Of a stretch of 34,875 bases of DNA, positions 28,101-34,875 are shown piece after piece (position 1 is the first letter of the stretch; every line of letters begins with the position of its first letter). The position numbers and the translations under genes are program-made. The notes below the pieces were generated by a model that ran no database searches, had not been told where the DNA came from, and saw only the letters and a program-made list of their open reading frames with translations. This stretch comes from Catajapyx aquilonaris. Taxonomy: Eukaryota. Location: the NCBI GenBank assembly GCA_000934665.2, contig KZ539056.1, positions 1-34,875 on the forward strand. The letters run 5' to 3'.

Positions 28101-30153
28101 AGGGATTCAATAATAATTTGTCCTCTCAGGAAAATGTGATTAAGGCCTCTTATCATTAGAAGTTCCCAACATGTTCATGGGAAAAGCCAGTGATGTAGGT
28201 GTCTTAACATGTACATGTGTGAAGATAATCACATCAGGTAATGTACATTATTGCTGGAGTAGAGGTTTTACTGCCTTTTGCATCCCTCATGACAGAATAT
28301 ATTCACATTCTCAACCACAATAGTACATTTTCAAGCACACTCCTGTACTGACCTGCCTTAGTAGTTCCAGTGCTTCAGAATGGCTTCCTTGATTTTCTTT
28401 GACAAGGGCCATGTTTAGAAGAAGCCTTGCTTTCATCTCCATCCGCTCTCTCCTGGGAACCTCATCTTTCAATCTACGTAAACAAACAGAACTGTGATTG
28501 GCTGTCTTTATGAAGACACAAGTCTGAGGTATGGTATGTGGTTATGGTTTTAAAATACCAAACCTGCTACAACTGTTGGGAAACACCACATGGGTCTTTT
28601 ATTTTAACGAATAAAGACCCTGGGAGAAAAACGATCTAGGTCCACCTCAGGTGAAACTGAGATAATCCAATTTTAAATTCTGAAGGCCCATACGGCTCCA
28701 TTGTAAATCCCACTTGCGGGACCTTCCATAGTCACCTATGATCTTTACTCCACAACCACGACCAAACCATCATATTCTACACAGTGAAAGGATCATCTGA
28801 GATATATAACTCATTTTTGACAAAAAGTGGACCTTGATCGTTCTCCTGAGGTCTTCAAATACTGTAAAGTGTACACTGTACTCCTGCTTATCCATGCCCA
28901 TGAATGCACAAGTGTGCCCGGGAAAATCAGAAAACACGAATAATCCAACAATTATCCTAGACACCAATAAAATGAGTTATTCACAGATTTTTAATGAACT
29001 GCTGTGGATAGTGCCTGCTTTAAATAAGGTTTAATCAAAATAATAAAACCATAGATTTTTAGTTTGTCTTCTGGAAGAAGACTTATATTCCTTCATTTGG
29101 TAACGACATTCTTTCAGGATCTTATTTCTAACTTTTGTTTTTGGCGATGCATGGATAATCCGCTCTTGGATAATCACAAGTATTGTACAGTGTTCATCTG
29201 TTTGCTAATACCTCTCACACAACTGCAAGCTTTTATGGAATGCAAATGCTGCCTCTTCATATGCATGTTGATCTTCTGAGGAATCTCCTTGACACAAGTA
29301 TGTTCGACCAAGTGTGGCCCATGCTCTCTGCTGCTCAACCAAACTGTTCATTTCCTCAGCCAGATCTAATTGAAAAATTCATGTTAGAAAATCAAATAAA
29401 AAGAATTAACACTTAACTTTCACACCTAGATGTTTTTTTTGACGTGTGATTGCCTGGCTGTACTTCTGCAGAGCACAATAGGCCTCTCCAATTTTCCTAT
29501 TGGCCACTGCAACCCCAAGAGTGTCATTGTCTGCCTCACAGTTTTCCTCCTCTTCTTTGTGCTGTGCAAGGGCCTCCGTATGACGACCAAGGCGAGAGAG
29601 TACATCTCCAAGGGAATTGCAAATACGAGAAATTTCAACACGATTACCAGCACGCACAGCCTTTTCCTTGTCTCTGTAAAGGTCTGAGAAAGTCATAATT
29701 GTAGTAACATTTTAGGGATCCCAAAGACATGCTCTTTAAATTCAAAATAATAACATTTTTCAGGTATATTGGAATGCTACCATAAACCAGGCAGCTCTGA
29801 ATGTTTTCTGCTCCCATCAGGTGTGAAGCAAAACAGCCTGAGCCTAGACAGCCTCTCTACCAGAGACAGGTCGAGCAATGAGTGAGCTCCCTGGTTACAA
29901 GATACACAAACATCATGTTAGCATGTGCCTAGACAGGGTGAAACCAATCACACGGCCCTCATCCTGACGAAACCACCACATGACTTCCATGCACTGCGCT
30001 TGGAATCAAATCAGGATGGCTCTCGACCCTCAAAAATGAGCATTGCCTGCACTCTTCAGAGTGTGTCTGAATGACAGTAATAAGTTCAACAAGTAGTGGT
30101 GGTGTTACCAGTGCATACTTACGGGCCAGTTCCCTCTCGCTCTGCCTATTCAT
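13187..30153 (-). CDS. TONSL: Tonsoku-like protein (TPR, ankyrin, UBL and LRR domains; replication-fork repair)
   Basis: 21 exons (minus): 30123-30153, 29426-29683, 29212-29365, 28353-28473, 27802-27990, 27477-27743, 25590-25923, 25308-25421, 25090-25253, 21152-21388, 20812-20932, 20433-20665, 18451-18669, 17215-17544, 17033-17152, 16460-16769, 16199-16377, 15467-15601, 14606-14771, 13751-13997, 13187-13547; 4290 nt, about 1429 aa, all phases consistent. Domains: TPRs ([22 protein letters not shown]), ankyrins ([37 protein letters not shown]), UBL ([15 protein letters not shown]) and LRRs. Confidence 0.95.
14227..14478 (-). mobile_element. Old MITE, copy 1 (inverse of 28611-28860)
   Basis: The reverse complement aligns along about 230 bp with 28620-28835 (e.g. 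CTATGATC..T.CTCCACAACCA..AC.AAACCATCATATTCTACAC); degenerate TIRs of about 35 bp. Confidence 0.7.
14840..15140. mobile_element. hAT-family MITE
   Basis: TIR CAGAGGTTCCCAAACT / AGTTTGGGAAACTCTG with perfect 8-bp TSD TTATATGG (14832-14839, 15141-15148). Confidence 0.93.
18168..18297. mobile_element. Small Harbinger-like MITE
   Basis: TIR AGGGGGTAACCACT / AGTGGTTGCCCCCT, internal GGAACCAG/CTGGTTCC repeats, flanking direct repeat TCAGGTTGTGA. Confidence 0.7.
19287..19860. mobile_element. 574-bp near-perfect palindromic MITE with TTA TSD
   Basis: Ends CAACCAAAGTAACTCTTCTTACC / GGTAAGAAGAGTTACTTTGGTTG; arms pair almost to the centre (about 19553); TTA at 19284-19286 and 19861-19863. Confidence 0.9.
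19926..20280 (+). mobile_element. tRNA-derived SINE (family B)
   Basis: A box TGGCCGAGACGG, B box GGTTCGATCCC, body shared with 11926-12229 and 400-462, A/(AAC)-rich tail. Confidence 0.8.
21621..22507. mobile_element. hAT-family non-autonomous element (host of a nested MITE)
   Basis: TIR CAGGGTTGGCA / TGCCAACCCTG; perfect 8-bp TSD GCGCGAGT (21613-21620, 22508-22515); many subterminal GATTATAATC palindromes; internal (AAT/AAC)n tract. Confidence 0.93.
21815..22269. mobile_element. pogo/Tigger-like MITE nested in the hAT element
   Basis: TIR CAGTCAATCCTCGTTTAACA / TGTTAAACGAGGATTTACTG with TA TSD. Confidence 0.9.
22706..23236. mobile_element. Tc1/mariner-type MITE nested in the left arm of the long-TIR element
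   Basis: TIRs of about 130-175 bp starting CAGGGTGTTTCCG / CGGAAACACCCTG, TA TSD; the empty site is preserved in the opposite host arm. Confidence 0.93.
23590..23971. mobile_element. hAT (Charlie-like) element nested in the spacer of the long-TIR element
   Basis: Left TIR CAGCGGTTCCCAAAGTGTGGG, right end AACCGCTG (truncated), perfect 8-bp TSD GTTTAGAC (23582-23589, 23972-23979). Confidence 0.85.
23686..23962 (+). mobile_element. tRNA-derived SINE (family A) nested in the hAT element
   Basis: Homologous to 8928-9200; A box TGGCATAATGG, B box GGTTCGAATCCC, (ATT)n tail. Confidence 0.87.
24646..24819. mobile_element. PIF/Harbinger-like MITE
   Basis: TIR AGGCCCATTCACACAGGC / GCCTGTGTGAATGGGCCT, TAA TSD (24643-24645, 24820-24822), palindromic interior. 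Confidence 0.9.
26085..26386. mobile_element. Degenerate foldback MITE
   Basis: TTAGTTGATTTTGTCAATTTGGGCTCCAT...TTTGAAATTTCATGGTG pairs with CACCATGGAATTTCAAA...ATGGAGCCCAAATCGACAAAATTAACCAA; outer arms are weaker. Confidence 0.65.
26465..26665. mobile_element. PIF/Harbinger-like palindromic MITE
   Basis: TIR AGCTGCGTTTACATGTGAG / CTCACATGTAAACGCAGCT; arms pair for about 90 bp; 3-bp flanks TGA/TGG. Confidence 0.88.
28611..28860 (+). mobile_element. Old MITE, copy 2
   Basis: TIR AAGACCCTGGGAGAAAAACGATCTAGGTCCAC / GTGGACCTTGATCGTTCTCCTGAGGTCTT; interior homologous to 14227-14478 in inverse orientation. Confidence 0.72.
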
Positions 30154-30339
30154 TCTTCCTGGTTCCGGATGCCAGACGCAGGGGACCTATCCCTTATTGT
30201 GCCGCCCGAGCAGTGCGGAGTGGCAGGTAGGCGCGATGCCCCTGAAGCAGAGCCTTCCAAGTCCGGAGCAGGGCCCGCAGCACCGATGTCACCAGCCGTG
30301 TCACCAGCACGAGCGAAGCACGTTGTAGCAGGGTCTGAA

Positions 30340-30700
30340 GCGTCACTGCGATATTTTTCCCGCCATTTGACGACAAAAGGTTCCCAAACTAGCCGCTATG
30401 CTCACCTACCAGAACTACACTGTGTTGCCCATTCCAACGCGCCCAATCCAGTGATTAGTGGAAAGTAGTCCAATCGCTCCTTTTCCATTGGCCATTCACG
30501 CTGGCACGCGAGGGAGCCAATCGTCTTCAACCAAACCCTCACCATGCCTGCGCCATGTAAAAAAAAACTGCACAGGTAGTAGTCACGCGCCCGTTGCAGT
30601 GGAGCCAGTGGAGCCAACAGGGGCTCAGATTAATAGTGCGAAGGAGTGAGGAGGTCAGCAAGCAAGCAGACAGATTGGGTTGTGCAACAGCAGCCTAGCT
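30340..30700. promoter_or_regulatory. Putative bidirectional TONSL/TMEM179 promoter with E2F, YY1-like and CCAAT motifs
   Basis: GC/CpG-rich interval between divergent ATGs 823 bp apart. TTTCCCGC (30356-30363) overlaps CGCCATTT (30361-30368). CCAAT/ATTGG boxes at 30443, 30470, 30487, 30517 and 30674. Confidence 0.6.
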
Positions 30701-30976
30701 AGCACCCAGACTCAGTTGAAGTTGGTTCAGCAGTGTCAGTCGCTCGGTTTTCAGACCAAGGGAAGGGTGCGTGGGAGTGAGGGAAGGGGGAATGGAAGAG
30801 AGGAAGTGATGGGGCAGCTCTGTCCAAGGAGGAAAAGTGCTCCGCGCCTCCTCGTCTCCCTGCCTGCCTGCCTGAGCCAGTGACTTTGCTGGAAGGTGGC
30901 AATCCGGCAAGAGCACCAGCCAACCGACTTCCCACACGTCGCCGTCGTCGCAAACAGTCCAGCAGGTGCAGCCACC

Positions 30977-33724
30977 ATGGTGCTGGAGAATGTGCTCCTC
31001 CTCAGCCAGATCTCTGGCTACATCGTTTCCCTCATCCTCTCCCTTTGCATCACTGTGCCCATGACAGTGCACCAGGAGGACTTCAGGTACTCACAAAGTA
31101 CACTATTAGTAGTACTGACATGTGCCGGTGACGGAGGGCAGTGTAACATTACTTCAGTAGCTTGTTAGAATAAGAAATGTTGCATATTTTACGAACTGTA
31201 AGAGGAAAACTACTCAATGAACTAGTTCGTAGTTTGAGGAGTGTGGCCAATAAATTTGAAGGCAGGAAATTACGTACAAGTGTCACTTTAGGCATATGAA
31301 CTTCGTTTTCGGGTTGGGTGTAGTCCATGCTGGCTGAGCAAGCGTGAGAGAGACCAGAATAGTGATGCTTTATCATGGAACACACCCGTCAAGATGGTAC
31401 TCCCTGTGGCTCGGCCAGGCCTTGGCATATCATGATGGGACTGTACATTCTGCATACTTGTGTGTTTTGGGGTACTGTACAGTACAGGGTGACAAGCAGC
31501 TATCAGTAAAGAATCCATTGGTTCCCTATGATTTGATTTGGGTATGCAGATTTGAATGCATATTCAGCAATGCCTCCAGCAGGATGGGGTTTTCATTGCC
31601 TGTACCTGCTAGGGCAATTAACTGATCACCTCACTCTAGATATTGATTAGAATAGGGCAGGTTACATTATGTTAGTGTAGGTTAGGCTATGGGAGTCCAA
31701 AAGTTCACCTTCGTTGGGTATCTGGTATTGACTAATGATATCATTGTTATCATGCCAATGGTCAGAAAAATTTATGTCAAGGGAAGCAATTGGGACTGAA
31801 ATGACTTCTGATGAAACAGCATTATCTTCATTGTGGTTCTTGAAGATATGGCCGGATGTACAGGGTGAAGGGAAACATGCACCCAATCGCCAGGTAGGCT
31901 TATAGTACTCGCAAAACTAATATAGAGATATGTAATTAGTTTTTGGCTCCGTTGCGTAATTAATGCGTATGGCGCCCTTAAAGTGTAGAGGGCCCGGATG
32001 GTGGGATATGAGGCAAAAACGACAAAAGTGCATGGGTGTCGTACCCAAATTCTTACTCTGATGGAATCTGATTGCCTTTTGCACATGGACGATGTGTTTA
32101 TAGTTATAGGGGACCAAGGCAAAGGACCGGAGGCCCTCGAACTGACTTTTGCTTCATAGAAGCTGGCGGAACAGATGTGACGTCACGAAACTTTGACGGT
32201 GCCGTATGCATTAACTACACACCGGAGCCGAAAACCAATTGCACATCCCTATGCGAGTACTATCAGTTTACCTGGTGATTGTACGCGACCCTTCACCCTG
32301 TATGCCAATAAAAGTAAATTGTACAAGGCTGGACAAAATAGCAGTCCCTTGAACATTTCCCAGAGTAGGCGGCGCGAGTGGAGAGAGCTCCATACGCCTA
32401 CACTCATACTGCCCATACTGGAAAATGTTCAAGGGTCTGCTATTTTGTGCAGCCACGTACATAGTAGGCATAAGGCATTTAACCTGCTTGTGCCAAGATA
32501 TTTGAAGGTAGCTGTGACAAGACACTAGCAAAATAACTGATGAGTGTTAATTCATCAGTCTACAGAACAAAATGCAATCAGGCAGGATGTTTACGGATGC
32601 TAACACTATCTTAAAGTCAGTGTTACTTTTGAATTGTAAATGGAAGAGAACTGCAAAATATTGGGATTTGCATTAGCTTTATAATATCGTCGGCATTAAG
32701 AGGAAACCCAGTCCACGACAACCATAAGAAGTGGCCTATCAGTTGACATTTTATTTCATGCCATTGTGCACTTGTTAATTCCAGTAACGTCATGAAATAT
32801 TTTTGGAGTGCTCTTCAATGTAGCTACCTGGATTCCAGTTACATTATGAAAAATTGCGAAGCAAAGTAGTGAAAATAAATCGCTAGGTGTCGAAAATGTG
32901 CATTTTTCCATTTCATCACGATAATGACGTGTGAAGTATCTCCTTCAAAAATGTGCATCCATGTGTTGTGATGGTGTGTATGACTTGACGTAGAAATTTT
33001 AAAAATTAGTGATACATTTTGGCTATTAAATTATTTAATTTAAACAATGTGTCACTGTATGCGCACTGTTCCACCTACACATTTGTCATTTCATCAAAAC
33101 CTGTGGTGGGTGATTTCACCTTAAAATATTCATTTTCGCAATTTTCTGAAAAATTGTCTATTCGCCCTTTTTTCTTAATGCCGGCGGTATTGCAGTGATA
33201 GCAATTATGAGAAAGAGGAGTTACCCAATCCTCTTCGAAGTGCTCAAATATGATTACATGCTCTTGCATATTCATTTTTCATGAGGAATCTTTGGAGCTA
33301 CTCATGATTTTGTGTAATTACATGGCAAGGTGTACACCTGATTACACATGTTGCCAGCACCTCACCTGAGGTACATAATTGTACCAATGTTAAATATACC
33401 ACACATTTACATTTTCAGAGGCCATTGCTTGCTGTTCTCACGTGGAGTGTGGAGAGAATCAGATGGCCAATTTGTAGTCAGCTGGGCCTCCCAGGCATAC
33501 TGCAACTATGCCATATTCATTGGGGTGGTCGTATGTCTTGCATCTGCAGCGCAGACCTACAGGATGGGGGTCTTGCTGTGGAAGGGTGCTGACTGCTCGT
33601 TCCTGGCAGCCTTCTTGGATCTAGTTGTTAGCACCCTAATCTGCATTGCAGTCGCTATTGCAGCAATACTCATTACACTTGGCTTCCACACCTGGTGTAG
33701 CGACATCACAGAGAGATTTGGATC
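30977..33724 (+). CDS. TMEM179: Transmembrane protein 179 (first two coding exons; continues beyond the right edge)
   Basis: ATG in a perfect Kozak context (GCCACCATGG). Exon 30977-31086 (MVLENVLLLSQISGYIVSLILSLCITVPM...DFR) joins in phase to exon 33419-33724 (GHCLLFS...CNY...ITLGFHTWC). The FxGxCLLF and GFxxWC motifs and hydrophobic helices are typical of TMEM179. Confidence 0.9.
31861..32300. mobile_element. Tc1/mariner-type MITE
   Basis: Imperfect TIRs of about 115 bp, CAGGGTGAAGGG... / ...CCCTTCACCCTG, with TA TSD. Confidence 0.9.
32324..32457. mobile_element. 134-bp Tc1-like MITE
   Basis: TIR CAAGGCTGGACAAAATAGCAGTCCCTTGAACATTT / AAATGTTCAAGGGTCTGCTATTTTGTGCAGCCACG, TA TSD. Confidence 0.85.
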
Positions 33725-33899
33725 GTAAGCATTTTCTTTACATTTTGATGTTTAAGGTCAAGGGTTACAATCTTGAAGTTTGTTTTCATAGTTTGAAGAT
33801 GTTTGTCACTGTGTTTATTGCACTCTTAAATGGAAAAAAGTAAAAGAAATTAATTGCATGCTTTTCTCAATAGCACACCTACACTTGTCTCTCTTCTAA

Positions 33900-33943
33900 A
33901 GGCCCATTCACACAGGCCGTCGACGGCCTGTGTGAATGGGCCT
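33900..33943. mobile_element. 44-bp perfect-palindrome minimal derivative of the Harbinger-like MITE at 24646
   Basis: AGGCCCATTCACACAGGCCGTC|GACGGCCTGTGTGAATGGGCCT with TAA TSD on both sides. Confidence 0.92.
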
Positions 33944-34875
33944 TAATGCAACCTGTGTGAGGAAAGCAGAATGTCAAGTTCAGAAAGCATTACAAGGTTA
34001 AATGTCAATTGTATCCATTACTTAAGAAGCAGCCAAAATATAGTTGTATTCTTTATTGCATTTGTTAGCAATCGGTAACATTAATTTTCTTCTGTTATTT
34101 TGCATAAAAATAATTTCGTGGTTGACACTTGCATGGAACTGCCAATTTTAAAACATTAATAGACCTGCACTAGTCTACTAAAACAGTATTTTTGAGTCAA
34201 TCACTCAAGGTACATGTCACAGTATGATGATTTACTTTCTCTACATTGCATAAACTTGAGACATAGTAAGTGTCAGGAGCAAGGGAAACAGTGTGTTGAG
34301 TCATTCGCTCCAAAAATGGCATCATATCAGTGGTCATATTGTCTAGTGGAAATAAAAATTGTTTGCTCAGTACTTACTGGTGATGTCAGTAATATGAAGA
34401 TTTGTAGCAGACTCATAATAATTATGTGGACAGAGTTTTGGCATTAAATATACAGAGTGGAGAGTTATTGTTGTTCAGTAAGGCCTCAAATAATTTTAGA
34501 TGAGGTTTTCTGATGTCACTAATATATTTTGGTGCAGCTCTGGTATTATGATCTATCAATGTGTTTGAAATTGAAATGTAGTAGCAAGCTATTTTTTTTG
34601 AACAAGATATATATTTCAAGTTTTATAACTGATTTTCTAATGACCTTAGTATCCAAAAAAATGGAATGTGGCAAGTGCCTGTTACTTCTGTTTAATTTTG
34701 TTGTGATTGGGCAACAAGATGGAGAGTGTTATTCTCGTGCATTGCAGTGTTACTGCATGTAAGAACCAGTATTCTAGATGTACAAAATCTTGAATTTATT
34801 CTCCTCTGTAATTTACTCAAAAGTTTTGTCACGTGAACTTTTCCCTCCAAAGAAATGTAACAAAGGTATACCTTG

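Noticed and set aside
30071..31168. Multiple overlapping ORFs in the TONSL/TMEM179 interval, and 6224-6572
   Set aside because: Expected by chance in GC-rich promoter sequence. Only TONSL exon 1 and TMEM179 exon 1 have homology and splice support.

Overview
Eukaryotic genomic DNA, probably from an arthropod (inferred from protein similarity). It holds four spliced housekeeping genes, reconstructed by hand from GT-AG junctions with consistent reading phase. NUP93 is on the minus strand and runs off the left edge. DUS2 is on the plus strand and complete (7 coding exons, 447 aa). TONSL/Tonsoku-like is on the minus strand and complete (21 coding exons, about 1429 aa). TMEM179 is on the plus strand and runs off the right edge. 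The genes form two head-to-head pairs (NUP93/DUS2 and TONSL/TMEM179), with DUS2 and TONSL converging tail-to-tail. The introns are packed with non-autonomous DNA transposons: hAT, pogo/Tigger-like, Tc1/mariner-like, PIF/Harbinger-like, Chapaev3-like and a possible Helentron-type element. There are also two tRNA-derived SINE families and a mariner transposase relic. The most striking structure is TONSL intron 9, which splits the ankyrin domain and is about 85% a multi-level nest of seven elements. I found no convincing novel protein-coding system; most ORF-track entries outside these exons are spurious. No database searches were run, so family assignments rest on terminal inverted repeat (TIR) and target-site duplication (TSD) signatures and recalled homologies.
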